64,000 nt of DNA, from positions 310,001-374,000 of the forward strand of contig NEEC01000027.1 of assembly GCA_002189035.1 (NCBI GenBank). Direction: 5' to 3'. Under the pieces are notes generated by a model. The model had not been told where the DNA came from. It saw nothing but the letters and a program-made list of their open reading frames with translations, and did not search any database. Below, piece by piece: positions 1 through 16,761 of the stretch (positions within the stretch are counted from its first letter, which is position 1; each line of letters starts with the position of its first letter). A program made the position numbers and the translations under genes. The stretch is from Utricularia gibba. Lineage: Eukaryota; Plantae; Magnoliophyta.

Positions 1-142
1 GTGATTGTCTTTCATGTTCTCGCGAGTGAAATGATTCGGATGCTTGATTGTTGACTCCTGCTGTAGTCATCCATTATTAAAGAGTACCTGTCTACAATCT
101 CACATCTGATGCGATCCGGTCCCCTGTTTCGTGTCTGTGCAG

Positions 143-412
143 TCACTTTGCAACGCCTGCGGAATCAGGAGCAGGAAAAAGAGAAGAGCCTTAATGGGTA
201 CGTCAAAAGAGGTGAAGAAACCCAAGAAATCATCAAGCAGCAGCAGCAGCAGCGGGGACAGCGTCTTGCGGAACAGAGACGGACTGTGGTCGTTGACCAG
301 AGACGTGGCCGTGAGGCCCAGATCAAACACCAACCGGAGGAGGAAACTCGGAGAAGAAGAACAAGCGGCTTTTCTTCTGATGGCGTTATCATGTGGCTCT
401 GTGTATGCGTAA
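143..412 (+). CDS. LLM-domain B-class GATA transcription factor, last exon (5' part lies outside the window)
   Basis: After acceptor tgtgcag| at 142 the frame reads SLCNACGIRSRKKRR (second half of the GATA C-x2-C finger plus basic region) and ends LGEEEQAAFLLMALSCGSVYA* (LLM motif). GATA15/16/17-like. Confidence 0.93.
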   Translation, partial: SLCNACGIRSRKKRRALMGTSKEVKKPKKSSSSSSSSGDSVLRNRDGLWSLTRDVAVRPRSNTNRRRKLGEEEQAAFLLMALSCGSVYA

Positions 413-1481
413 GTCATGTTAGCGGCTTGTGGTGTATTGTAGCAGCATTCTCTTAGATTGATGTTCAAAACCTTCCAAAGCCCAAATCAAATGAAGACTA
501 CAAGATGCATTAATTACAAAAATAAATAAACTATTTCACGGATAAAAAGCAAAAATGTCACAATTCTTAATCCTGATTTCAGTCTTTATATTTTTCTTAC
601 AGCCAAAAATATCTTAATATAATGAGATATCGGAACCCAATTTGGAGATGTGTTAACATAATTTGTTGCAAATTTATGTTTTCTCTTAAAATGTCATTTT
701 TTACATTTTTTTATATAATTAATAATTTATGACTCAACAATCTAAAATATTAATTATACCTTCTATTTTCAATATTAAATTATATTAATGTCATTGAGAT
801 GGTTTAATTTGCAGATATTTGTCAAGTTGAACGTGTATGGAACGAGTTTATAGTATATAGATGCGGGTGAATTCGAAGAGTTATCTAATACAAAAATTAT
901 ATTTTTTTATCAAATTAATTGGGTAACCAACCAAATGAAATCAAAACTTATTCATTAAGTCAATTCGTGTTAGTATATAAACTATCTAATGATTTGAGTT
1001 AACTTATAATTCAGGACAGGTTTAACATAAACATACATAGACTCGGTATCTTTCAAATTGCAATTTTGTATGTTGATTTGATGGGTCACATGTTCACCTT
1101 TAGTTTACCCAGAGTACTAATAAGATCAACTTATGTCGAAAACCCAGGTATAACAGATATTTTAAGAAAACATAGGTATCAAGCATTCATTTTATATTAC
1201 ATCTACCATTTCACCCTATAAAAAAGTCGGAATTTATAAACGTGTTAAATCTCACATTCCGAAAGTAATGAAAATTAACACGATGATTGAGTCGGATGGA
1301 CGTTTTAAATAAGTAAACTTGCTTTACATTTACCACTAACGGCTGATTATTACAGCAGCATGCATGCGTTGCGCAGCAGCGTTTACAGTCGTAGCTTATC
1401 TAACAGGGGCGAGGGTAAAAGGATGATGCATCAGGAAGGATCCTGGAATTTACAGGGCCAGGCAGGCACGCAGGCAGCAGC

Positions 1482-1721
1482 TCAGTAGCCCTTCGGAACA
1501 CTCACGTAGTGAACTTCAGACTTCTGGGGATAGTAAACATACCCCCACTGCGTCTGCGTCTGCATCTGCATCTGGGGCTCCCTTTCGATGAAATTTCTGG
1601 GCGCAGGGGGATGCCCGATTCTCGGTTTTTGCGGCTTCCCGGGGCCGAAGAAGTCGTCGATTATCCCAAACCCCTCCCTGCCGATCTTCGCAAGCTCCGC
1701 AGCCGTGTGACTACGAACCAT
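1482..1721 (-). CDS. Small (79 aa) uncharacterised plant protein with LAKIGxEGFxxIDxxxG motif
   Basis: ATG at 1721: MVRSHTAAELAKIGREGFGIIDDFFG... followed by a Pro/Gln-rich tract and YVYYPQ. Resembles a family of small unnamed plant proteins as I recall it. GC-rich and intronless. Confidence 0.6.
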   Translation of the reverse strand: MVRSHTAAELAKIGREGFGIIDDFFGPGKPQKPRIGHPPAPRNFIEREPQMQMQTQTQWGYVYYPQKSEVHYVSVPKGY

Positions 1722-2385
1722 CCTGATCACTCAAAGAACTGTCTCGAGTTTCCCCTGTGGTAACGGAGTGCAGTCAGTTATATAGAGAGGAGGGAGGGCA
1801 GCATCTACCCTTTCACAGGGAGACCATATGCTATGCTTTTTCTATCCCCTTCTCAGGCATCGTGAAGTTTCAAAGGATGTTGGAGGGAATAGGCGGGGGT
1901 TCCTCCTCATCTCTATGCACAAAAGTTATTCCCTCGGCTAAGGGTAAGGTGAGCAAGAGGGTCGATTATTCCCCCGTCAACATGAAGATTCGTTAGTTAA
2001 AGTTAGCAAACAGTGTTTAATATACCATTTGAGTATTGCTAAAGAAACTAATATTTGATTTTTCAAGATCATAAGTGGATAAAATACAATCCAGTCATCT
2101 TTTATCTTTATGTATAAAGGAGGGAGGGTTCAACTTCAAGGGATTCTAGACGAGGAAAAAAATGATGATATTACCCCAAATACAGGCGCCGAATGCCAAG
2201 CCCTTTATGAACCATAGAATGAAGGCGGAATGGGGTTTCCTGAAATGGTTAAAATGATTTTTATTGAATATTTTAAATGATCTAAAAACTAGTATGTGAT
2301 GGGTGATGGATCCCGAACAAAGCAAGCCTTTGGAGGGTGTTGCCTGCTTCCGGGCTTGAGAATTGACTTGGAATTGTGTACCACA

Positions 2386-4182
2386 ATGGAGAGAATTCAG
2401 CACAGGACGGTGGCGGTGAACGGTCTGCAGATGCACGTCGCCGAGATTGGGGAGGGACCGGTGGTCCTCTTCGTCCATGGATTCCCGGAGCTTTGGTATT
2501 CGTGGCGCCACCAGATGGTTTACATGGCGGCGCGTGGGTACCGTGCAGTCGCACCGGATATGAGGGGATACGGTGATACTTCTGGCGCGCCGCTCGACGA
2601 TCCTTCAAAGTTCTCTATTTTTCATTTGGTGGGAGACTTGCTTTTGCTCCTGGACGCGATCGCTCCGAATGACGATAAGGTGTTTGTTGTTGGGCATGAC
2701 TGGGGTGCTTATGTTGCGTGGAGCTTGTGCTTGTTCAGGCCTGATAGGGTGAAGGCTTTGGTTAATCTGAGCGTCGCTTTCGCTCCAAGGAATCCACAAA
2801 GGACCCCTGTGGAAAGCTTTCAAAATCACTACGGAGATGATCACTATATAATCAGATTCCAGGTGGGTAAATCTCACTCGTAATCTTAGATGTTGGTTAT
2901 TTTTTCAAGTTGTTTTCAATCAGCTCCTCGCCTTTCAATCCCCTTGGAAGCGAGGTTCTGAATCTCAAAAATTATTGAAATGGAGTCAATATCTCTTTTT
3001 TCTTGTTCTTGGCGATAATGCAGGAACCTGGTGAAATTGAAGCTGTGTTTTCCCAGGCTGGTGTGAGAGAAGTACTGAAGAATATGTTTGCGTTCCGAAA
3101 TCCTGGGCCATGGTATTTTCCCAAGGGTAAAGGTTTTGATTATAGTGCCGAAAGGCCGAGTTGGCTGACTGAGGAAGATCTCGACTATTATGTCACAAAG
3201 TTTGAGCGAAGTGGTTTCCGAGGAGGGTTAAATTACTACCGCGCACTAAATCTGTGAGTTCTCTCCAAACCTACATTAACGCCGCTTTAACTTCAATGAA
3301 GGACTACTGAGTAGGAAACGTGATGGAAATCAGGCATTACAATTGTTAGTTTGTTTGGATTCTACCCCTTTAATGTTGTGCACAATTGTTTTTCAGAACA
3401 TATATGATGTCCGAAGTAGTTCGTAAAAAATCCTGATTTACCTTGTCATAGTTGTCTTTTTTTGTCCGATTGTGCTGCCATTTGTGTCTCTACGATGAAG
3501 TCCAATGGATGAACCAACTTGATTTCAGGGAATAGTGTTAAAAGACCCTGCGAAAGATAGTGAAAGTTTTTTCTGTTTAGAGGACTAATAGATGGTCATT
3601 ACTGACAAACCTTGCTATGTTAATATGGTCTCCCCTTTCTTGTGTGCTATTTTTTTTTTTTTTTTGCGTGTGTAGTTCTTTCCAGTTAATTGCACTTTTT
3701 TGAAAGCACTTTACAAGGCACTAAAGTGACTTCAATGGACTTAGTGACTAGCATTACCTCATGTTAAAATTTGAAATGTCGAGTTTATGATCTGTCACAA
3801 GTCAAACTGATCAGGCAAGGCAGTTGGTGCTCTATGTAGACTATTCCTGTTTCAATATGATCATCTGCCCTCTCTTTGTTCTTGCTGGTACCATCACACT
3901 GGTTTCAGAAAATTCTTTTTTCCATGATGTTGCAGAAACTGGGAGCTAACCGCAGGTTGGCATGGGGCTCAAGTGAAAGTGCCTTCAAAGTTCATTGTTG
4001 GTGAACTTGACCTGACATATCACATTCCAGGGACCAAGAATTTTGTGCACGGTGGAGGATTCCTGAAATGTGTTCCACTTTTAGAGCAGGTGGTGGTTGT
4101 GGAAGGTGCAGCTCACTTCGTGAACCAAGAACGGCCTGATGAGATCAGTGAGCATATTTATACTTTCCTCAAGCAGTTTTGA
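2386..4182 (+). CDS. Soluble epoxide hydrolase (alpha/beta hydrolase), 317 aa
   Basis: Exons 2386-2862, 3024-3253 and 3936-4182 join in frame via GT-AG introns. Motifs HGFPELWYSWRHQ (oxyanion hole), HDWGA (nucleophile Asp), NYYR Tyr, GELD and AAHF (catalytic His) are all present. Confidence 0.96.
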
Positions 4183-4600
4183 GGTTCCCATGTTGGGTCT
4201 CTCTTCTCCAGAGCTTCTATATTGTGAACTAAGACATGTCTGATCTATGAATATGATACGAACTGTTTTCCCAAGTCATCTCTATTTAATTTAGATTTTT
4301 AATTCTGTTATCTGAAATATATGCGGCGTATTTAGTTACAGGTGTGTGAGTTTGACAGGATAAAATCAGATTTGGAATTACATAACCCCCCCACATCGGA
4401 TATGTAATAGCTTCTTGGAAAGAGCGTACTGCACGTGGCAGTTCTGAAGGAGTACAAGTTAGGTAGCTTGTACGTGCCCCTGCCAGTTACCCATTTCCCA
4501 GTCTTCCTTCATTCGCTCCTGCTTGTGCTGCTTCCACCATTCTCCACTCCACCACAAATCCCTCTCCCCCGCCGGAGAAACAAAAGTAGCATGAGTTGAG

Positions 4601-5176
4601 ATGAGGGGCCTGAGTGCAATTATCGACAACTCCAAGGATCAAGGGGCCATTCTTCAAGTCATCCGCAAAGGGGTCGCTATAAAACCTTGCAGTTCTTCTT
4701 CTTCAACGAAGACCGAAACGGCGCCGTGCTCTTCTGGGTTTCTAGAGCGTTGCTTCCTCTGCAGTCAGAAACTGTTGCCCGGGAAGGACATTTACATGTA
4801 CAAGTAAGAGTCTTGTACTCTTTTTTCTTCAAGTGTCTTGTTTTGCTGCTTTTTCATAGTAATCTGGCTGCTAAGAACCAGCCAATGTAAGCAAATTAAG
4901 CAACAGTGAGCACCCACAGCAGGCAGACTTGAGACTCAATTCAGAACAAGGGCGCATGCAGGCTGCAGGGCATGCTGATGGGCCATGAAACATTTATGAA
5001 TGGTGCCCCGGCATGTCCTGTTTTCGTCTGTTGTGGTGTGGAGTGCATATTATATTTGGATAAGATCGTTTTTATTGATAAGGGTGATGCATGTCTGCAG
5101 TGGGGACAAGGCCTTCTGCAGCCAGGAGTGCAGGTGCAAGCAAATCTCCATGGACGAGCGACTTCCGCAGGGATGA
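4601..5176 (+). CDS. FCS-like zinc finger (FLZ/DUF581) protein
   Basis: Exons 4601-4803 and 5101-5176 give [37 protein letters not shown], i.e. the C-x2-C...FCS-x2-C signature split by the usual intron. Confidence 0.9.
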
Positions 5177-5454
5177 CTTGAGGCCGCAACTGCAATGGCT
5201 GCTTCCTCACTCGGCCGTTGAATCCGTCTTGCTGGTCTGGCGGTTTGCTTCTTCTCCATTCTCTAAACTGAGCACCAAACAGTAGCATTCATTAGTGTTA
5301 GTACCCAACAACAGTAATGTTGCCTCGTAGAGGAATGAAGGGAGGGGTAGTTCTGTCATTTAATAGCATGCAATCAACCGTAGCATCGCATATCAGATTG
5401 AACCCACCATGTACATACATCACTTAGAGGTCCAAGTAACAGCGGCTGGGTGCC

Positions 5455-6745
5455 TCATCCGGACTTGAAGAGGAGGACTGCTTTGTGCTCCATATAGAAG
5501 TATACGAAGTGATTTGCCTCATGAGTCACATAGGAACCTGAAATGAAAAAAGATCACATGCACCTTATCAAACAAAAATGGAGAAAGTCCTTTTCATGGA
5601 ATATGATTAAAAACAAACAGAAATGGTTTTGGCGTGGGAAGGGGGAGAAAGGGGAATTTTACTGATAAACATGGCGTGCATTCTAGAGAAGAACTATGCG
5701 AGTCTCTAAATATCCCTTACATGTTCATAGTAATAACCATATCCACTCCATAATGATTTCTTCCTTATCTCTCCAATCCATCCTTGTCATGGACTAGGTG
5801 GCATATTTTGCCTTTAACAACAGAACAAACCCTTCGAAACAGGTCTAGCTGATGCTGATCATCCAGCAACAAGAAGAGTACGCGTAAGCATCATTTCTTA
5901 CTTATTACACCAAGATGAAATTCTTATACCGTAAAACTGAGGGCATATTCCATCAGTAACCTCTCTATGCAATCGAAATAAAAATTCAATGGGGAGAACA
6001 GAAGAAATAGAAACAGGTTCAGGCATATATCATGACAGAGAAACTATAAAACAGCTAATCAGCTAGCAGAAATTCGAGCAAACTATTTGATAAGCCAAGA
6101 AGATGTCTTTTGAACATCAAACTGTGAGGAGGATTCTACAATGAACATCCATTGTGTTTTGGTATAGTCTTGGTCATATTTTTACCGTTGGTATTCACGG
6201 ATACATGGATACTAGTAATTAGGATGAGCATAGGTTTTGAACCAAAACTAAAGAAAAACAATGAGAAAGATTTCAATTTGGACAACGCGCCTGTGGAACA
6301 AGATCAAGGCCTTGGATAGAGATAGATTACCGAAGTTCTTGCCGACAATGCAATGCCAAGTAGGGCCGTACTTCTTGTCAAACGCCTTCTTTATGTGCTC
6401 TGCTACATCCCTCTCTACGCAATGTTCATCAAACGCCTACAAAAACATTTTATCAGTGCCTTCTTTACATAAGAGAAACCACAACCAGGAAGAAAGATAA
6501 GTACCAAACAAACATTTGATAAATTCACACCTAGAAAATGCGTACAGTCGGCTTAACAAACAGCAAGAAATAGAAGGTACAGAAATGGCGATATCCACGG
6601 CTTCTTTTTGCATTTCATTCTTCATGTCTGCGCTCTTTACAATGACTTTCTTCGCGGAATTGGATCCGGAGGGAGATCTGCGATCTTCTCGGGAGGCAGC
6701 GGCAGGCGACGCTTCGAGTCTACTCGAATTCGCATCATCAGTCAT
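5455..6745 (-). CDS. Dynein light chain LC8 family protein, 117 aa
   Basis: Exons 6745-6581, 6436-6331 and 5537-5455 give VIVKSADM...AVDIAIS/AFDEH...[32 protein letters not shown]...LLFKSG*. Confidence 0.96.
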
Positions 6746-7051
6746 TTTTCCTGGAAATCTCAGGAATCGGATCGCCTTTTCAGAAATGGATCTCGGTGCA
6801 TAACAGGATATCTCTAAGCTTACATATTACGACCACCGAGCGATGATAACTTCAACTTCGGTCCACCCCGGGAGTTATGAATAGAACCACTTCACCTTCA
6901 ATGCGATGCCGGAGAATCGGCGTCAACGCCGTGCTGCAAAACCCAAATCACTGGTTAAGTAGGCTTAAGCAACGGTCAATTACTTTGCGCGGTCAACAAC
7001 TTTTTCAAAATTCAAGCTTATATAACAATCATAGCGCAAAGAATACACACA

Positions 7052-7110
7052 TATTGGGCCCGTTTGGGCCAGTGCCAGCATTGGTGAATTAGAATACATT
7101 TGGGCCAGAT
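7052..7110. promoter_or_regulatory. Cluster of three site II (TGGGCC, TCP-binding) motifs upstream of the dynein light chain gene
   Basis: ttgggcccgtttgggccag ... tttgggccag, lying about 300 nt upstream of the ATG at 6745. Confidence 0.55.
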
Positions 7111-8455
7111 TCTTATGGACCAACACAATTGTGTCGGTGCTTATCTTCCGAGAAATTCAGGCGGGTGCACGTTTTACCCAGTTACCGTAGAAAAGACAAT
7201 AAAAAATGATATGTTATATTATTTAATTTATTGAATAAATAAATAGAATAGTTGGCAGTAGCAGTGCCAGTGCCAGTAGCTATCGCCAATAATGCAATCT
7301 GCTCTGCGTCACTACCAACACAACTTCCCAACCCACTGTTCACGTATTTTATTTATATTTCTTTATTATATCCTCAAATTTATTTCCGAATTAATTTATT
7401 TTCCAGTAATTCTCGATTACTTGACGCTAATAATTTAAAATCCCTATTCATTATTTTGAATTATGAAAATATTAGGTTTTTAATGTTTTAAAAATGATAA
7501 TTTATCCCCCACCTGCCACACGTTCGTAATTCGTTAGCCCACCAGGCTGGCTACTGGACCCGACCCATTTTTTGTATTACTGCGTACTGAGATCACGGTT
7601 CCAGGGGTGAAACCGTAATTTGAGGGCATGGGCGATCCTGCGGGGTTCAGGCGGTGGTCTAAGGGGGCCGGGGTTATACAGGGAAATATGATGAGCACAC
7701 AGGGATAATATTGTCTGACGAAGGGTTTTATTTATTTTTTTATGGTTTATAATAACAGGATGCTGGTTCGAAAAATAACGCCCATTAAATGTTTTGGATT
7801 CCTTGTTTCTCCAGAGTTGAAGCAAAAGCGATGGAAGATACGCGGACATGCGTATAATCATCGCTTCTGGCGTTGCATCTCCAAGCAATCTCAACTTCAT
7901 TTCCTGTCAGGGATTGTGCTTTGCGGTAGGGGTCTATGTGCGTGCTGATTTGGTCGCTTAGATCTGTCCGCATTTCATGTTTGGAGTTGGTACGTGAATC
8001 AGGTGAGTGAGGATCGATTCATTTTGGATGCATTTTGGGTGGAAGCGCTAGACTTTGTTTATATTAAGAACAGATTGTAAATTTTTCTATTGGTTTCACT
8101 CGGAAAATTAGATGTTCTTATGAGTTTCCATGTTGATAGGGATTGTATATATCGAAACTACGGAGAATGGGCGATTTTAATGGGGTTGACAGTCCCCGCT
8201 TTTGTCAGTAGGAAGAAGATGGTATACGTATGTGTGCTTGCTTTTTTGTATGTCATGCGTTGGCTTTGCTCTTTTTTATGCTTTCCTTTGTCCTTTTTAT
8301 TATTTTTTTATTGCGCGAGAAGAGTCTTTTGACTTGGTAGGCTAGATTCTGAATTTGAGGGGTCTCTAGCTGATGTATACTGAACCTTATTTTCTGTCTC
8401 CTTCATCAAGTCTGGAGAAAGTAGATCTTGAAAATTGGCTCCTCAAAAGAGATCC

Positions 8456-12375
<3,920 letters not shown>

Positions 12376-13037
12376 ATCTACATTAACATGGATCTTCCAG
12401 GATAACATGATTGTGCATTGTACAACTTTTCTAGTGCGTGATCCATACGAATCATCTCTATTCTGAATTGAAGCAGAAGAATTGAAAAGAAGAAGCGTGC
12501 GAAAGGATTTCTCAGATCTGGAACTCTCAGTTTCATTTGTATCGAACACAGTGACCATAACCATGTGGCTCCAGCCCCTGTACATTTTGCCATTTCTGGA
12601 CTGTATAATCATCATCACCTTCTTCTTTTCACCTTATAAACTACAGTTTGATTTCATTCCTGTTTGCTTAGGCTTCTTCCAGTCTCCCTATTAGAGACTT
12701 ATCTTGGCCTAATGAAATGGATGTTAACAATCTGGTTCTTTTAAGCAAGCCGTTGGGTTTGTATTTAGAATAAATACCCTCAACATTTTTCCATGTCCAT
12801 ATCGCCACTGATCATCAGCAACTTCCATTTCGAGGCACAAAACAGCCCACACACAACAAATGCAATAATAAAAAAAAAAAGAGCCACACAAGATGAGAAG
12901 ACCAGAGTGATTTTCATTCATCAAATTCCGATGGTTGCAACAGTGTATCAAGTATAGAGCGGCCACCAGGGAAAGAAAACCTGAAGTCTAATAAGAATGT
13001 CACCTTCGTCATAAAACGGCCAGCCCAAACAGAGAAG

Positions 13038-13604
13038 CTAAAGATCATCTTCCATTCTGAGATACTCTCCAATATCCGCATGCCGATGCACTACGATTCC
13101 ATTAGGATCCATCTTCCTGCAATCCACAGTGCTCTTCGCCGCATCCCCAAATCCCAATGGCACATCCGACATTGAAAAAACAACCACCCCATCATTAACC
13201 TGGATGTTCTCAGTCATCCTACCCACCCCACCTTTCAACACACTGTTTCCATACAAGAAACTCATCTCCGATGTGGGCTTCAGCCACACCTTATGCCTCG
13301 CATTGGCTGCCAGCAGATTCAAGCACTGAATGGTGAGATGAAATTTCCCAGTTTTCGTCAATTTCCCAATCTGCGTTCCCAGCGAAACCAGCTTATCGCG
13401 CTTGACATTCGTAGCCCGTTTCACGAGTGACTCTGAGACGTAGTAAACGCGGTTCTTCTGGAGGCGGAAGCAGTAGCGTCCGGGGTTTGCGTCCGGCCCC
13501 TCGTGCGACTGCGATTCTAAGACGATGTTCTTTAGATTGTTGCCGACGAATTTGTGGAGCTTGTTGAAGACGAGAGTCGTTTCGTTCTCGTCCAGAGGTC
13601 TCAT
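13038..13604 (-). CDS. NIP7: 60S ribosome subunit biogenesis protein NIP7 (PUA domain), intronless, 188 aa
   Basis: MRPLDENET...[13 protein letters not shown]...[19 protein letters not shown]...[28 protein letters not shown]...[12 protein letters not shown] are characteristic NIP7 blocks. Confidence 0.97.
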   Translation of the reverse strand: MRPLDENETTLVFNKLHKFVGNNLKNIVLESQSHEGPDANPGRYCFRLQKNRVYYVSESLVKRATNVKRDKLVSLGTQIGKLTKTGKFHLTIQCLNLLAANARHKVWLKPTSEMSFLYGNSVLKGGVGRMTENIQVNDGVVVFSMSDVPLGFGDAAKSTVDCRKMDPNGIVVHRHADIGEYLRMEDDL

Positions 13605-13622
13605 CGCGAAGCTGGGAGGGAT

Positions 13623-13719
13623 TAGGGTTTAGTGTTCGATGAGCTTTATCTTCCTTCGACTTCGTATCTTTTGGGTTTATCGACCCACTCCGGCGGCCCA
13701 ATATAATTCCTTTTGGGCC
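13623..13719 (-). promoter_or_regulatory. Telo-box plus two site II motifs at the NIP7 promoter/5'UTR
   Basis: TAGGGTTT (AAACCCTA on the minus strand) at 13623-13630, GGCCCA at 13695-13700 and TGGGCC at 13714-13719. This combination is the established signature of plant ribosome-biogenesis gene promoters. Confidence 0.75.
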
Positions 13720-14043
13720 GTTTGTACGGATTTCAGTGAACCAAATCCGTGTTCTTTCGTGACTTGTAATAATATATATTTTTTATTTTTCACATTAAAT
13801 TAACATAATAGTTATAATATATAAATATAAAATGACACCTTTAAGGGAATCGTATAAATAAAATGCTTTAATTCAATAGTAAATTGAAATTAAAATTAAA
13901 AAATAAGGGAATCTCCTGAATCTTCAATCAAACAAACCACTCAATTAAAAAATAAGAATATTTTTAAAAAATGTATATTCTCGTCCGTCATTTCTTTTGT
14001 AAAATAAATTGTGTCAACGACCCGCCAATGCAGAGATCTGTTG

Positions 14044-16761
14044 TTACAGGAAGTTGTGTGTGTCACAGGCAGCTTGATTGCCAGCATGAAGAGGATCAGA
14101 AACTGCTTCTGCATTTTCCTGTTTGGGAACATGAAAGTGAGCTGATCCATTCGCATTCCTGTTATATGAACAACCATTCTCAGCTTCTGCTGCCTGGGAG
14201 TCTGCAGAGCTGTTCATCGACTCATCCGGCAGCGGCCGTACACGCCACCGTGATGGCATCCTTGTTTCCAGTTTTCGTCTCGGGTTCACGGTAAGGTATC
14301 CATTCACTAAGGCTTCCATTGCTCGGGATGTTAGAGCCCTGCTCCTTTTAGTGGGCATTCCGGGATTTTGCTCCGGTCGTTCCTCAACTGCGGAAGACTC
14401 AGGCAAGGAGATCTCTTCATCCATGATTGAAATGCAATGTTGCTCTTTCCCGGAGTCCTGGGAAGTGGGGAGCAAATTCAAACTCTGAGGATGGGAGTTT
14501 TCGATGCTCTCCATGGGACTGCCTCTGCATGATCCAACAGATGACAACTTGTCTGCACAAATGCTTATCCGGGAAGAAGAAATCTCAGCTTCATTAGTCC
14601 CAGAGCAGCATCCTTGCATTTCAGTATCAGCTTTCGAGCCTACACTGGATCTGGGAAAGATAGTAGTTGTTTCTTCTTGTTTAGAAGCAGACAGTATTCG
14701 GCATCTTTTCGTAGCATGTTTCACCTTCTGGGATTTTGAGGTCTTTTCCGATGGACGTTTCTTGCAAAGATTCTTCCTTTTCTTTGAGTCTGGAGCTAAT
14801 GTAGCAGAGCAGGAATCTTGATATGTGGCCTTCATGTTGTCTCCTCTCTTTCCAGGACATGTCTTCCAAGCAAAACTAGCCTTCTTCCGATCAACAGAGT
14901 TTATCATGTTCGATTCAGCACTCATCTCATCATAAGCATGAGCAGAAGAAGCAAATGAAATCTCCGAAGGAAGGGCTCTATATTCCCTGATTTTACCACC
15001 CGACATTGTGTCCACCACAGTGAACTTCATGACAGTGATGTTCCGTTTGGGAGTTTTGGGTTGTAAAAAACACTGCTTCTGTCGAGCAGGCTGCTCGATA
15101 TTTCCATTTTCCATCTCTATCCCATTATTCCACTCGTATTCTTCTTTCTTCACACTGTCATCGTCTCCTTCGTTGTCGAGTCGAATCAGACCAGGTTCAT
15201 GTGCAACTTTGCTCAGAATATCAGTAACTGAGTCAAAATAGTGATCACCCTTCACCAATTTTCGCCTGGAGAACTTCTTAATATCAGGAACAATGAAAAC
15301 CAAAGAATTCTTAGTGCCAGCATAATATCCCTGATCATTCGGTTGCTCAGAGTGCCAACCTCGTGCCAACAACCGCGGCCAAACCGCTTCCCAGAACAGG
15401 TCACTTGATCTGGCTTTGCTTAATCTGTAGTCACCACTCAAGAATTTGACAATCTCGGCAGCTGTGAGAGTAGAACATGCTTTCCCAATAGGTATCTCTG
15501 GGCGAATTGGTATCCCTTGGTTGGATCTTGTTGTTTCCAACGCCATTGTAGTCAAATCCTGTTTGCCAGTGCCGATGCCTACTGCTTCTACCAGAATCTG
15601 TATGCCAACCAGTTTCTTCAGAAGAGACACATAATCTGCTAAGGGCATCCTCTCATCTGCAAATGTCTTGGAGGCCTTGAAAAGGAGCAAAATAAAGGAT
15701 CCATAGTTGACAAATGATGGATCAAGGCTCAAACTTCAACAATCAAGCAACGAAAAATTTTAAAAAAAAACTAAAGAAATGTGAAGTGAGTCCTATCAGA
15801 AAAAAGATGGGCTACACAGATCATGCCTTATCAGAAGAAATGTGAAGTGAGTCTTATTGCTGAACTCTTACACGTTAAAATTGAGAGCAGATGAGGGCCT
15901 GAAGTGCTGAAATGCCAAAGCTAACAATATTGATAGGTGCCTATACTATGTTACATCACTAGACTAGTCTCAGTCAATGTATATTTTCACAAACGAAAAC
16001 GCATGCCAAAGTGGGCTACTCAAGAATGTGACTTGGACCACTCTTTGAACAACAGGAAGGAACAATAAAACCATGTGTACCTCAAGAAGTGCAGTTCGAT
16101 CTTCTTCTGAAACTCTTGAAAGTATACGGGACAACAGTTCTTGCTGCCTCAATCCGGAAAACAGCCTTCGTCCATGAACCCCTTTCTTTCCCTTCACATT
16201 TTGGCAGTCACACCATCTTCGATATTGTTGAGAACCGTAAAATTTTCCATAGTAGTAGGACAACAGAGCCCCAGTCCCCTTTGTTTCGATGAACTTCTTA
16301 ATCTCAACAAAATCTTTCTCGAAAATATACAAGCCTAGAAGGAAACCATCCTTCTCAGATGCACTCCAGCTTACATCTGACAATCCAGGAACCACAAGGC
16401 TGTTGCACATGCATATCTTCTCAAGATTCTTAGTCTTAATAGAGTTTCTGGAAACTACAGGTGCTCCATTTTCTTGATGATTGGAATTGCAAACCTGGCA
16501 GCTACAAGTAACCAGGTTTTTATCCTTCAGAGTAATACACGTCATTGGTACTGGCAGACCAATGACAAAATTCAGATAGGGAGGCAATGCAGCTTCAGAC
16601 ATATATGCAGAATTTCCCATGAGAGCCGGAAGTTGAACTTGGAACTCATCTCCGATTCTCGGCATGATCTCTGATTCTTCTTTACTATTCCCAGGGAATA
16701 GATTTTCATCATGAGTACTCTCAGAACAATCGGCATCATGACCAACATCTTTAGGATCCAT
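14044..16761 (-). CDS. Uncharacterised plant nuclear protein with ELM2-like and SANT-like motifs (about 770 aa)
   Basis: Exons 16761-16081 and 15675-14044 join in frame. Motifs: PRIGDEFQVQLP; WSASEKDGFLLGLYIFEKDF...SYYYGKFY; LFWEAVWPRLLARGWHSEQP; KGDHYFDSVTDILSKVA. An AG acceptor directly precedes the ATG, so an upstream exon exists and the true start could lie further 5'. Confidence 0.85.

Noticed and set aside
100-468. Overlapping ORFs 100-468 (-), 109-456 (+) and 165-392 (-)
   Set aside because: These are shadow frames of the GATA exon; the poly-Gln/poly-Leu tracts come from its (GCA)n poly-Ser repeat.
2146-2877. Minus-strand ORFs antisense to the epoxide hydrolase
   Set aside because: No family motifs; explained by the GC-rich coding sequence on the other strand.
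4390-4398. CCCACATCG resembling the plant snRNA upstream sequence element
   Set aside because: No TATA box at the required spacing and no snRNA-like sequence downstream.
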